A program made the position numbers and the translations under genes. A stretch of 64,000 nt of DNA from positions 186,001-250,000 of the forward strand of contig NGBS01000875.1 of NCBI GenBank assembly GCA_002245135.1, read 5' to 3'. Positions 1-13,061 of the stretch are shown here, one piece after another. The DNA comes from Proteromonas lacertae (lineage: Eukaryota). Below the pieces are notes generated by a model. The model was not told where the DNA came from and searched no databases. It saw nothing but the letters and a program-made list of their open reading frames with translations. The stretch's first letter is position 1, and every line of letters starts with the position of its first letter.

Positions 1-574
1 GGGATTTACCTCCTAAACTCCATTCAAAATCTGTTAATGACTTTTGAGATGTTGCTTCTTTTGGTTCTCTTTGAGGTAATACACTTGGTTGAGGCTGTGC
101 TTTACCTCCTAAACTCCAGTCAAAATCATTTAATGACTTTTGAGGGGTATTATCCTTAGAATCTCTTTGTGGTAATGAGCCATTACGCTGAGGTTGAGCT
201 TGTGGTTGTGGCTGAGTTTTTCCTCCTAAATTCCATTCAAAATCTCCTAAACTCTTTTGTGGTTGACTACTTCTTTGTGGAGCTTCACCTACACCCGTAC
301 TTACTCTCCCTTGAGCTGCTGGTTGGGCATTAGAACCTCTCGTCCAACTATATTCAGCTGGTCCTCCTTCTCTACTTGATGATGCACTAGAATCACCTCT
401 TGAAGGGTATTGATTTGCATATCCTCCTCTGCCTACACTTCTATTATAGCCTCCTCGACTTCCTTCACCTCCAACTCCATAACGAGGAGCAGTTGGTAAT
501 ACTTCTGTTGTAGAAGCAAATAATTGGGATGTGATATCCTTTCCCTTTGATTTGCCTTTCTTCGTTGTTGACAT
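1..574 (-). CDS. eIF4B-like translation initiation factor, 5' part (runs off window start)
   Basis: Not in the ORF track. Manual translation from ATG 574 gives MSTTKKGKSKGKDITSQLFASTTEVLPTAPR, an RGG-rich stretch, then three QKSLxDF(E/D)W(S/N)LGGK repeats, with no stop before base 1. The basic N-terminus, LPTAPR motif and Trp-containing repeats resemble eIF4B/Tif3. Confidence 0.6.
   Translation of the reverse strand, partial: MSTTKKGKSKGKDITSQLFASTTEVLPTAPRYGVGGEGSRGGYNRSVGRGGYANQYPSRGDSSASSSREGGPAEYSWTRGSNAQPAAQGRVSTGVGEAPQRSSQPQKSLGDFEWNLGGKTQPQPQAQPQRNGSLPQRDSKDNTPQKSLNDFDWSLGGKAQPQPSVLPQREPKEATSQKSLTDFEWSLGGKS
6..261 (-). repeat. Three imperfect coding repeats (PQR...QKSLxDF(E/D)W(S/N)LGGK), ~100-120 nt period
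   Basis: cctcctaaa(c/t)tcca(t/g)tcaaaatc recurs near 9, 105 and 222. Confidence 0.9.
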
Positions 575-650
575 GCTTGATTATTATTGTGAATATGAGC
601 AAAACAAAATGCAAAATTAACACAATAATGTAACGACTCTATTTTTAAGA

Positions 651-2410
651 ATGACATTGTTTATAAAAATAGCAAGAATAACAAATTTTCAAGTTAAGAG
701 AAGTATAATTATGAGTTTATATTGTTTAATAACTAGATTTATTCATTTATATCTCCAAAAGATGCATTGTTACAGATGAGGTAAAGTCAAGATATAATGA
801 TATAATGTCCAGCAAATATGTTGATAAGTATTAATTTAATATACAATCATATTTTCATTGATTATAGATATCCATATTTTACTTGTGAAGCAAACATACA
901 GAGCATCTCATCACAACATAAAAATATTTCCAAAAGTCAATTGCTTAAAGATACAATAGTAAAAGTAGCAGGAAGGATAACATCAAAAAGACAATCAGGA
1001 AAGAAACTAGTATTCTATACAATAGAAGATTCAACAGGAATAATACAAGTAGTATGTAACCGTCGTGAAGTACCGTATAAATATAATTAAATATATATAT
1101 ATATATAACAAATAGAGAAGAAAAAAGAGAAAATTTCAAAGAAACTCACAATTTAATAAGAAGAGGTGATTTTATTGGTATAAATGGATATATAGGAAAA
1201 ACTCCAACTGGCGAATTATCTGTATTTGATCCATTGCCTCAATTAATATCACCTTGTTTAAATAATCTACCAGAAAAGATAGAAGATCCAATACTAAAAT
1301 ATCAAAAGAGATACTTAGAATTTTTAACAAATAAAAAATCAAGAGATGTTTTAATCACAAGAAGTAAAATATTATCCATAATTCGTGATGAATTAATTAA
1401 TAATAGAAATTATATAGAAGTAAATACACCAATATTATGTCCAAATGCTTCTGGTGCATTTGCTAGACCATTTGTAACACATTACAGTTCAGATGATAAT
1501 AAAGAATTTACACTAAGAATAGCTCCAGAAATATATCTAAAAGAATTATTAGTTGGTGGTTTTAATAAAGTATTTGAAATAGGACAAGTGTTTAGAAATG
1601 AAAACGTTTCATTTAAACACCAACCAGAATTTACATCAATTGAAGGTTATTCAATCTGTGAAGATAGAAATTGTGTAATGAAAATGATTGAAAGTTTGCT
1701 TAAGAGATTAGTTAAAGAAATAATAAGCTCAAATGAATTACCATTAGTTGATAGAAATGGTGAAATCTATAAAACAATTGATATATCAAAGAGTTTTAAT
1801 GTTGTGTCTATTCCTGAAGTTATAAAAGAATTACATCCAAATATTATTGATATTATTGATAGTATAAATATATATTATTATTATTATTATTATTTTATTA
1901 GAAGATGATATTAAAGAATTAAAATCAATTGCCGAAAAGAATAAAATTCATTTAAATCCTCCATATACTACAATCAGAATAGTTGATGATATTGTTTCTA
2001 CTTTGATTGAACCAAAATGTATAGAACCAACATTCATAGTAGATCATCCAATAGTATTTATTCTATATATGCTTATTTATTGTTTATCTTAGATAACAAG
2101 TCCACTAGCTAAAGCGCATAGAAACAATAAGAAATTAGTTGAAAGATTTGAATTATTTATAAACAAAATGGAAATAGCAAATGCATATACAGAATTGAAT
2201 GATCCAATAGAACAGAATAATAGATTCATTAGACAATGTTTGATAAAAGGCGAAGATGTTGAAATTCCACCAACGGATGATAGTTTTGTTGAAGCACTGA
2301 CTTATGGATTACCTCCAGCTGCAGGATGGGGAATTGGAGTTGATAGATTAGTTATGATTTTGACAAAACAACATAATATAAAGAATGTAATGTTTTATCC
2401 ATTAACTTAA
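651..2410 (+). CDS. KARS: Lysyl-tRNA synthetase (class II) with probable mitochondrial/MRO presequence; 5 introns
   Basis: OB-fold VAGRITSKRQSGKKLVFY; LRIAPEIYLKELLVGGFNKVFEIGQVFRNE; EIANAYTELNDP; PPAAGWGIGVDRLVM. Spliced N-terminus MTLFIKIARITNFQVKRNLFIYISKRC is basic and has no acidic residues. Confidence 0.93.
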
Positions 2411-2463
2411 TAATGTTTTTGTTGTTATTAGAAGAAGAATATAAACATAGAAACCAAAATTGT

Positions 2464-5026
2464 TTAGAATTTTAGAATTTTCTTTAAATGATCATCAAAC
2501 AAGTTGATATGCTCTACTTTTCTCTTCTCTTTTTTACTACTATTTTCATCATCACCATTAGAAGGAGATAATGGAGGTGTAACATCAATATCATTCTCAA
2601 TTTTTGGTCTTTGTGGTCCATACACTGTCTTACCACTATCATTACTATTACTATTATTACTTCTTTCGTTATTCTCATTCATTTTATACTTAATCTCTTT
2701 CAATATTCTCTCATCTTTACACTCATAGAAATGTGGAGCTATTTCTAATAACCACAACGGATTTATATAACTAATTTCTCTCATATACTCTTCACTCGTT
2801 AATTCAACATCATAATAAATAACCCAATTCAACACCTTACTCACTCTTAACAATATTGAATTTGGATGAATATAAACACTTCTTCCATCTTTGATTGTTC
2901 GATAACTACCATCACTTGTTAATCTTGCTGCATTCATAAATAATCCAGTACAAAGACATTTCTTTATTACATTATAATTCTCATTACAACTTTCAAATTT
3001 TATATTATTTGTTCCGACTAATTTTCTTAAATATTTCTTTAATTGATTTCTTATTTCTAATACTCTCTTCATCGATTTGTAATCAATAAACCATTCATTA
3101 CACCAATTATAAGTACCACCATTAGATATAAATTCATTATAAATTCTTAGATAAGTTATCATATCTCCATCTTCACTCTATTAATTATTATATATTAATA
3201 AATATTTATACTGATAAAGTATGAATTGCTTCTTTCCATTTTCTTCCTCCTTCTTGTGATTTCGGTTGTTCTCTTATTATATGTTGAACTGAAATCATTG
3301 AACAAATTGATAATGCTTCCTCAGTACAACCATATTTTAAGGAATTTATCAATATTGAAGCTATAATAAATAACAATAATAATGATATATATATAAATAC
3401 ATAGTTTTGGTTCAATTGGAAATTCTGCCATTTGTCGACCTAATAATGCTAATTGACAATTACTATCTAAAGCATTCAAAGCATATAATGTTTCTAATCC
3501 ACGAATCATACTTTCATTTGGTGGAGGAGATAAAAAGTCAAAATGTAATATCTAAAAAATAATATATATCTATACATCATCAATTCCTAATGCTTTTAAT
3601 TGTAAAATTGACCAACTCAATTCTGATCTTTGCATTTCAGGAACTGTTCTTTTGGGTAATTTCTTAAAATCATGTTCAGTACATAATCTAAAACATTTTC
3701 CATCACATATTCTTCCAGCTCGACCAGCTCTTTGTTTGGCTGAAGATCTTGAAATTGGTTGAACTAATAATGAATTTAATCCAGATACACTGTCATAACT
3801 ACAGTATATATATAATAATATACAAAGGTATTTTAGCAAACATAGTATCTATCACATATACTATTCCAGGAATTGTTACTGATGTTTCTGATACATTTGT
3901 TGATACGACTATCTTACGATGAGTAAATGGAGTTGGTTGAAATACAGCCATTTGATTTTTATATGGTAAATTACCATGCATTGGTAATATTAACATTTGT
4001 CTATTCTTTTTGCCTAAATCACCACTTCTTTCTTCTAATTCTTTTGTTATTATTTCTATATCTTCTTGACCAGGTACAAATATTAATATATCACCTGCTT
4101 CTTCTCTTGTGTGAATATCAAATGCAGTTTGTATTGCACATTTTATATAATCAGGAACTGGATCTACTGAATAACTATTATATAATAATAATAATAATAA
4201 TTATACAAGATTTCTACTGGATGTTGTCTTCCCTGTATTCCAATTATTGTACAAGTGTCTTTTGAACTGTGTTTACTTTCATTTGTCTCAAAATATCTTT
4301 TAAAAGCTTCAGCATCCATCTAAATATAACATAAATATAAATATACAGTTGCTGAAGAAACAATTATTCTTAAATCATTTCTTTTCCTTTGAATTTTCTT
4401 TACTAAACCAAATACAATATCTGTAAATAAAGATCGTTCATGAGCTTCATCGATTATTATTACACTGTATCTTGATAATAATGGATCCATCATAGTTTCC
4501 CTTATTAAATGGCCTTCTGTCATATATTTGATTCGAGTTCTTTCTGGATCGTATTTCATATCAAATCTTACACCATAACCTACCGTATCTCCTAAAGCTG
4601 TATGCATTTCGATTGCTACACGATTTGACACTGTCATAGTTGCTATTCTTCTTGGCTAGATATATTTTATCATATGTTTAGATACTTGAGTACAGGCAAT
4701 ACATCTACCTCCATCGGCCCATCCACATTCAAATAGGTACTGAGGTAATTGAGTTGTTTTACCACAACCTGTTTCTCCCACAAGAATCACAGTTTTATAT
4801 CTCTCAAGAGCATATCTAAACAAAATAAATCATCATTTTCATACAATATGTCATTTCGATATTTATAAATTGGTAGTTGTTTTCTCTATTACTAGAAAGC
4901 AAACAAATATACTTGTTGAGTTAAAGTAAGATTAAGGTTCGAGTTAAAATTAATTACATTTGCTTCATGTTCCAAATCTCTATCAATTAAAGAGGGTAAA
5001 GTGCTTCCTGGCTTCCAAAATGCCAT
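2464..5026 (-). CDS. DHX35: DEAH-box RNA helicase DHX35-like; ~9 introns
   Basis: N-terminus [42 protein letters not shown]2 and OB-NTP regions. Confidence 0.9.
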
Positions 5027-5094
5027 TATTTATATTTTCAGAAAATATATTCGTTTTAATATTCAAAATAGAATTAAACAAAAACAAAAATAAA

Positions 5095-8000
5095 TTAAAT
5101 TACTATACAACAAGACTGTTTTTCACTTACAATAATAATCTCTTCTCCTTCTGATATTCGATATAGTTTTAATTTTCCTATTGATGAAAATGTATCTAAG
5201 AATGATTCTAATTTTGATTTATCTATACTTTCTTTTATTGTGATCGATAATTCTTCTAAACTATCAAACACTTCTTTGTTTTCTTTCATTAATCTCAATT
5301 CACTTTCATTTAATACATTTCCTGATAAGCATATCTTTTTTAATGGTTTGAAATCTTTTAATCTTTCTATCAACATTTTCAACCCTTTTTCACTCATTCC
5401 AATATCTATTCAAATAAAATAAGCATATTATATTCATATAAATACTTGAAAGCTTTAATGATAAAGGATAATCACAATTATCATGTTCAACAAACTGATA
5501 TAAATTTTTACATATTATTTCTACTCCTTTATCTCCAATTGGATTATTAAAAACAGAGATATATTCTTTATCAGTTAAATACCCTATTAATTTCTTTAAT
5601 CCTATTGATGTGATTCTATTATTGGATAAATCTATCCATTGATAATTAATATGTTTAATTAATGAAATATGAGAATCAATAATATTTAAATCTATTTCAT
5701 TAGAACTATAGATTATGTACTTGAAAAATCGTATAAAGCATTACCATAATTTCTTTTCTTTTTACTACAATAATCCAAATAATATCTCAATTCTTGGTTT
5801 GTCCATAATGAACATTTCATTTCTATAAATGGATATTCTGCTGTTTCCAGTGATCTTGTACATATTGATTTTAATCCATTCATTCTGATATTATTTCCAT
5901 TTAGATTAATAACTTTACATCTTTTAATTTCAGTTGAATATAGTCTATGCGCTAATAATATCACGCTTTCATCATTTATTGAGATATTACTTATATTCAT
6001 TTCACCATTACAATTGATTAACAAATTCAAATTGTTTAGTAATAGTTTAAATCCATTATTACCAATCGGGTTATCTATTAAAATGATTATATGTATATAT
6101 ATACTATAGATTAATAAACCTAGTATGCATTTATATTTTTTAACATATTTTATCAAATATTCTATTCCTGATGAATCAATTCTATTATCACTTATATCAA
6201 GTGTTATCTTATCATGAATTTTCTTTAAACCATATAATAAATGAATTAGTCCAACTGTTGATAATCCCATTTCTATATAATATTAAACATAAAGTATTAT
6301 ACTTGAACAATTTATTTTCCAATAATATAATAAATGCATATGTGGAGATAAGATTCTCATTCCTTCGTCTCCTATTTCATTTCCATTCATTTGAAGCTGT
6401 TGTAGACTTTTCAGTAATGATAAACTATTAATTAAAATTCCTATACTCTTATATGTTAGTTTATTATCTAGATAATAGCAAATATCAAATAATACTTCTT
6501 AAATCTAATCTTCTAATTCTTTTGAACTCATTTGATCTTAAAGAAATGAATGACTTGAAAAATTCATCATCTATTTCACAATCATTCAGATCCAATCTGC
6601 AACCATCTTTAATGTAATTGATCAATTTTGGAATGTCTTTATCAGTCAATAATTCTTTATATCCATTGAAATTAAATTGAATTTCTGAAATAGGATATTT
6701 AGAGAACAATGCTTTAAATCCTGTTTGAGTGAATATTATTATATGTAATATTTATTATCTTAAGATTTGGATATTTATATAATTCTTTAGATAATAATAT
6801 AATTGATTTATCATTCAAATTCATGCTTTCAAGATTTAAGCCATCGTATTTATTTATCAATAAATTAAAATATGGAAGCAATAATATAAAACCTTTTGGA
6901 CCAATAGGATTATCTAATTCATATTATAAGTGAATATAACATAGATATACTTTCCAAATTAACATATTCCAATTTCATCAATGGAATTGATTTAACAAAT
7001 GATTTAATGAAATAATAAGTAAGATTACAATGGTATAAATCTAATTGTTGAAGATTACATAATTTTGAAAATGTTTTTCCAAATAACGATTGATATTTGA
7101 AAGACATATTAATATCTAGTTGAATAAAAATTAATATTACAATACTAAAAGATAGTTCTATTGGATTGATTATTTTTAATATTTTGAAGAAATAGCTGAT
7201 TCCTACTTCGCAACTACAAAAAATATCTTTATTAATGACGATTATGTTTTTATAATAATCTGTAGAAGTTTTATGCGTACCAAATATCATCTTATCTAAA
7301 TAACATTCTTTTCTTTCTTTACATTGATGATGAATTTGGTATTTTATTCTATTTTTTATTGATTTGTCTTCTTTGTATAATTTCATCATCAATAATATTG
7401 ACAATACTCTTTTTCTTGGATTATTGTTGTATAATTCAATAAAACTATCTATTATCTCTTCCCTTTTTCTGTTTTCAATATAACATTCTAATGGAACTAT
7501 TATTTGAAATATAACAGCTGAATAATCATTTAGGAACATTATTTCTTTTCTTTCATTACATATCATTACATTATCTTCTTCATCTCTCAGCATCTCACTC
7601 ATTTTTATCATTTCTTTTTTCAACTCTTTTATGGTTATTCTATCTTCACTTCTCACTTTCAACATTCTGAATATCATCTCTTTCATTGCATCATCACATT
7701 CTACATCAACACTATATTTGCATCTCAAGATATTCTCTTTCGTTTTATTACTATTATTATCTTCATTAAATGGTAATTTCTTATTTATCATTTCATATAA
7801 TATACATCCAATTGACCAAATTACACTTTTCTCATCACATTCATATCCATTCAACTCTTCACGGCTTTTGAAGTTTATATCATATACTCTCATTTCTTCT
7901 TCTTTTCTTAATGTATTTAAGAATAAATCACATATCTTTATTCTACCAAGTTTTTCATATATTATGTTACTACTCTTCAAATTATCAACCACTACATTAT

Positions 8001-8426
8001 ATTCACTTAATATCATCAATATATCACATATACTGCATATTATACTACAAATATCATCACTTGACAAAGATCTACTTCTAATAATATATTTCAAATCTGT
8101 ATGATAGTAATCTCGTGATATTATTATACATTTATTAGTATTATTTATTTGATATACTTTTGATGTTAATAGGAAGGATTTACAACAATCTAATAGCAAC
8201 GAGTTAATTTCCATTGATTTTAATATCATATTTTCTTTTATCCCAGCAATATTTAATACTTTAACCATTCTAATATCACCCTTTTGTTCTATTACCAATT
8301 CTACTTCACTGCTCTTCCTATCAGTTACTATTTTAATCTACAAAATTATAAAATGTATAATACTTGAGAACCGTAAGGTAATGCTGAGGATATCACTTCT
8401 TCAACAAAATATTTTAAGCAAAACAT
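5095..8426 (-). CDS. Pseudokinase + RI-like LRR protein, copy 1 (C-terminal CCIVI)
   Basis: ATG 8426 MFCLKYFV. Kinase fold with VVDNLKSSN, CDLF and SVIWSIGCILYEM, followed by LxLxxNxIGDxG-type repeats across many short introns. Confidence 0.85.
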
Positions 8427-8758
8427 TTTCAAACACGTTTGACAAGATTAATCTCATATACAGTTTTACGGTATAGAAAATATAAATAAATAATTAAAAT
8501 TATTGAAATAGCATATATTTATTAAAGGATAGATGTTATGGCTATTTGATTAATACCTTGATCATTTTAAGTGCTGCACAATTAATCTATATCCAATATC
8601 TCCCTCAATTAGATTATTAGTTTTGTTATTTATCTGTATCATGTTAGGTATGTTTTATTCAATTTTAAAAATTTATACCGTTTCATAGTTTGGCTTGATA
8701 ATAAGCCGTTTCTTTCGTTTTTGTTTTTTTAATTTTTGATATTTTATATAGTAGAAGA

Positions 8759-10864
8759 ATGGATACAGAGTATTTAAAAGATACAGTAGGTAAATCATTG
8801 AGTGAAGGTCTTGCTCATCTAGCAAAATGCAGAGCACACGATGCAGTTGAGTATCTTGGGTATTACTTAGTCAATTTTGTAGAGAAAGCTAATAATGAGA
8901 TAAAAGTATTGTTTCTATAATATAATTAACTGAAATAGGTTGGTGATTTCAAAGATGAGTATAATCATAAAAAATCCGAAGCTGATTATGAACAACAGCA
9001 ACTAGATATGGTACAAAATGTAATAGATGAAAAGCAAATAGAAAATGTCAAAATCCTTGAAGGAGTAAGAGAGGAGTTACGAACAGCAGAAGAAATAACA
9101 CCTGAATTAATGAAAAAGGTAATAGAAACAATGCAAGTTTATACAAATGCTGCAAATATATATATCGGTCATGTAATCCCAGCAGCACCAGGTCAAGAAG
9201 AAAATGAAGAAGGAGAAGGTGGTGATGGAGGAGAAGAACCAGCAGAAGAAGAGGAGGAAGAAGAAGCAAAAGAAGAAAAAGAACCAAATGAAGAAGGTGG
9301 AGAAGAAGAAGATGATCCAACAAAACATTTTCCACCAAGTGAAGAAACAGATCCAGTAAACGAAGATCCTGATCCAATACCAGTAAACGACAGTAAAGCT
9401 AAAATTGAATATTTATATGTAACTCCCAATAATGATTTTATGGTTGATAATTTATTATTTGAAGGTGAAGGAGTAACTTGGGAAGTATGGAAAAAGAAGA
9501 AAGGTGAAGGAGAAGAAGAAGAAGAAGAAGAGCCAGAGGATGAAGAAGATGAAGAAGGAAAAGAAAAGAAACCAAAGAAAGAAGAACCTCCACCAGAACT
9601 ATACATTCCTGAAGTATTATTGAATGATAAGATTAGATATTTTGATATTCCAAATTAGGTAGTTATTTAGCAATACCATTTACATGGAATAGTTCAATTC
9701 ATCCTCATGCATTTGATGATTTATTTAAGCCAAAGAAAGCTGAAGGAGAAGAAGAAGAAGAAGGTCAGGAAGAAGAAAAAGAAGAAGAGGAGGAAGAAGA
9801 AGATGAAGATGGAGAAAAGAAACCAAAGAAGCCAAAGAAGGATGAACCACCTCCACCACCTCAAGCCAAGCCATTACCAGTTCAAATGTTGATTTGTTTA
9901 GATACAATGGGATATGATAAACAATTTACAGATGATGCAAGAGAGGAAGTTCATACTTGGTCACCTTTATTAGCTGATATATATGAAAGAATAGAAAGAA
10001 AACAGTTTTTGGAGGAAGTTGATAAATTCAAAGCATTACAAGAACAAAATTTAGTATATATATATATATATATATATTATTTATTTTATAAATAGAAAGA
10101 TAAAGAAGAAGTAGCAGGTATAAATAAAGTCTCAGAAAAAGCAATTAAAGCTGGAATGAAAGATTTACGTCATCAAAAGAAGATTCCAGCTGAAGAAAAG
10201 GCAGAAATGGAAATGAGAATGAGATATGAAATAGCATTAGGTAATTTGATGGATAATTTCAAAGACAGAATCAATCTTTATGGTGATTTAAGAATACAAC
10301 CAGATAAGACAATTACAACTATTTTAGTGAATTGTTTATATTTATTAGGTTATTATAATGGTGATTTAATGGAAGATCGAAGACCACATGTATTAGATTG
10401 GCAAAAGGTGAGAAAACTATTGAATGATGAGTTAATAAATAAAATACAAGTATATATAAATTATAATTATTTATTATATTATATAGAGTTACGATTGTGT
10501 AGTAAAACATGAAGTAGCTCCATACTCTACAGTAAAAGCAATAAAGAAAAATATAAGAAAAATAAGTGAAGAAAAACTATCAGAAGAAGCTCCATTTATG
10601 TTTTATCTGTTACAATGGATGAAGTCGTGTATTGAATTCCGTATAGCTGCAACAAATAAACGTAAGAAAGAAGAATTAGATGTAAGACTCGAACAATATG
10701 AGAAAGAAAAAGAAGAAGAGAGAATAAGAAAAGAACAAGAAGAAGAAGAAAGACAGAAAAGAGAAGAAGAGGAAGAAGAGAGACGACTGCGTGAAGAAGA
10801 AGAAGAGGAAGAAAGAAAGAGACAAGAGGAAGAAAAAGAGGGAGACGATGATGAAGAAGATTAA
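8759..10864 (+). CDS. Dpy-30 domain + GAF-like protein with Glu-rich inserts (RSP2/DYDC/EFCAB5-like, probably axonemal)
   Basis: MDTEYLKDTVGKSLSEGLAHLAKCRAHDAVEYLGYYL is a Dpy-30 motif. GAF-like pieces GEGVTW, LYIPEV, PKLGSYLAIP, ICLDTMG...FT. Three introns and one apparent missing base at ~9652-9654. Confidence 0.7.
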
Positions 10865-10996
10865 TCTAATAATAAATATAATAATAAAATTTTATCTATT
10901 ATTTCTTTTAAAATGAAATATTTTTATTTATGTATATGAATTATGAAATATGAATAATAAAAACAATTAAGGAAGAAAATTGTAATTATTATTTAA

Positions 10997-12148
10997 TTAC
11001 ATAACAATTTGGCCAGGTTGTATAAGAGATTCTTTTATAGTTTTGTGTGGTAATATTATTGCTCCATTTAGATGAATTTCATCTTTAATATTTACATCTT
11101 CACCTAAGACAGTAATTCCTTCAATTCTACACCATTTTCCAACACAACTATCCCAACCAATTATACTATTTTTAACCCAACTATAACTACCAACTGTACA
11201 ACCATCCATTAGAGTAGAATATGATAAACGAGCACCATCTTCTACTACACAATTTGCACCAATTACTACATCTGGTCCAATCAAAGCAGTTTTACTTATC
11301 TTCGCTGTTGGATCTATTACACAATTTCCAATAATATTTTCATCTCCATTATTACTATTATATAATATCTCTTTACGTTTCTCAGAACACATCTTTAAGT
11401 ATAATGATACCCCTTTCAAATAGTCTTTTGGCTGGCCAATATCCATCCATAATCCAGGTAATAACATACAATGTAATTGTTGTTCTTCTGCCATTTTGGG
11501 AAATATTTCTTGCTCAATTGATGTTGGTCTTAATTCAATTCTATCTAAAATTTCTTTATTAAATATATATAATCCTGCATTGATATTATTACCTACATAA
11601 ACTTGTGGCTTTTCTACAAATCTTAATATCATTCCTTCTTCATTTGATACAATCACTCCGTATTTAGAAGGTTCTTCTACTTGAGTTACCATAATTGTTC
11701 CTTCTTTGCCGTGGCTTTTGTGATATTCTAATAATTCTTTCAATGGATATTCGCAGATTACATCGCTGTTAAAAACAAAAAATGGCTCTCCATCGTTTAA
11801 TAGATTTTTGGCTAATGCTAATGGACCTGCTGTTCCTAAAGGTTCTGTTTCGTGTGAACAGGTGATTTTAATTCCATACTATTTGTAATATGAAATGATA
11901 TATAATACTTTCTTTTCCATTTCAACTAAAGCATCCATCATTTGTCTTGGTTGATAACTGACAGCTAAAATTACTTCTTTAACACCTACTTTGACCAATG
12001 CTTCGATTTGATGAACTACGAATTGGTCTAAATACTATAATTAATATATAACTTACAAATTGCAAAATTCAACTAGTGGTTTTGGTCTAGTGAGTGTTAA
12101 TGGACGTAGTCTTGTACCAAATCCTCCAACTAATATCAAACCTTTCAT
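10997..12148 (-). CDS. GMPPB: Mannose-1-phosphate guanylyltransferase (GDP-mannose pyrophosphorylase, beta type)
   Basis: [55 protein letters not shown], hexapeptide C-terminus; 2 introns. Confidence 0.97.
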
Positions 12149-12204
12149 GGATATTGAAAAAAATGAAGAAAGAATTATTTAAATTCAAGCCTGTTTGATC
12201 ATTA

Positions 12205-12969
12205 ATGGAAGAAATTCCTGGTATTATAACGATTTGTTTATCATATAGAACAATGTTTTCCTCATTTTGCCTCCTTGTCTAAAGAAATACCATTAGAACA
12301 ATACGATTCAGTATGATTTTTACTTTACATTGTAGAGTATATATCATCCAGCAGCATGTTATTCACCACAAACTGATATAATTGTAGCTGAGAATTATAA
12401 AGTACAAGGAAATGAGTATTTTGAAAGAAATTATGATTTTATAGGTATTATAAAGCTAAAGAATATAAAGAAGCACTTGAATATTATACAAAAGCAATAA
12501 TATATTGTCCATATGATGAAAAATATAATAAAAATAGAGTATGAACAATAATTAAGTAATTTATATAGTCAATATATTATTCAAACAGAGCAGCTGTTCA
12601 TTTAGAATTACAGCATTTTGAAACAACAAAATCAGACTGTGATGAGTCTCTAAAGCACAATCCAGACAATTATAAAGCCTATTATAGAAGAGCAATAGCC
12701 GAAGAAGAACTTGATAAATTAGATGAAAGTTTAGCCTGATTATAAGAAAGTCTTAGAATATGACAAGTATAATCGTGATGTAGAAGTAAAAGTGAATAAA
12801 TTGAATAAACAAATTGAAGAAAGAAATGAAAAAATGAAAGATGAAATGTTAGGGCAAACTGAAAGATATTGGTAATACAATTTTAGGTAAATTTGGAATG
12901 AGTTTAGATAATTTTAAACTAAATAAAGATCCTAATAGTGGTGGATATAATATATCATTTCAGAAATAA
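12205..12969 (+). CDS. TTC1: Tetratricopeptide repeat protein 1
   Basis: Not in the ORF track. Spliced: KVQGNEYYKAKEYKEALEYYTKA, YYSNRAAVHLEL, KAYYRRA, and the signature tail EMLGKLKDIGNTILGKFGMSLDNFKLNKDPNSGGYNISF. Four introns; two 1-nt insertions (~12736, ~12853). Confidence 0.88.
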
Positions 12970-13061
12970 AAATGAAATGCATTTTTTGATTAATGAGTTT
13001 TTCTTTTTTATGCTTTTTTTTCTTTTTTTGAAATTACATAATATCTTATCAATAATACAAC

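Noticed and set aside
1..261. Repeats resembling a CRISPR array
   Set aside because: Imperfect, codon-degenerate, in-frame coding repeats in a eukaryotic gene; no cas genes.
433..657. 74-aa minus-strand ORF from the track
   Set aside because: Wrong frame; the coding frame is the eIF4B-like one starting at 574.
7631..8104. Similar antisense ORFs opposite all three pseudokinase domains (also 16753-17124 and 34520-34888)
   Set aside because: Their similarity follows from sense-strand paralogy; no independent coding signal.
8540..8625. Possible LRR relic upstream of copy 1 (minus strand NNLIEGDIGYRLIVQHLK*)
   Set aside because: Too short and weak to separate from chance in AT-rich DNA without an alignment score.
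9048..9907. Poly-Ser/Leu/Phe antisense ORFs and a poly-Lys ORF
   Set aside because: Shadow frames of the GAA-rich Glu tracts in the Dpy-30 gene.
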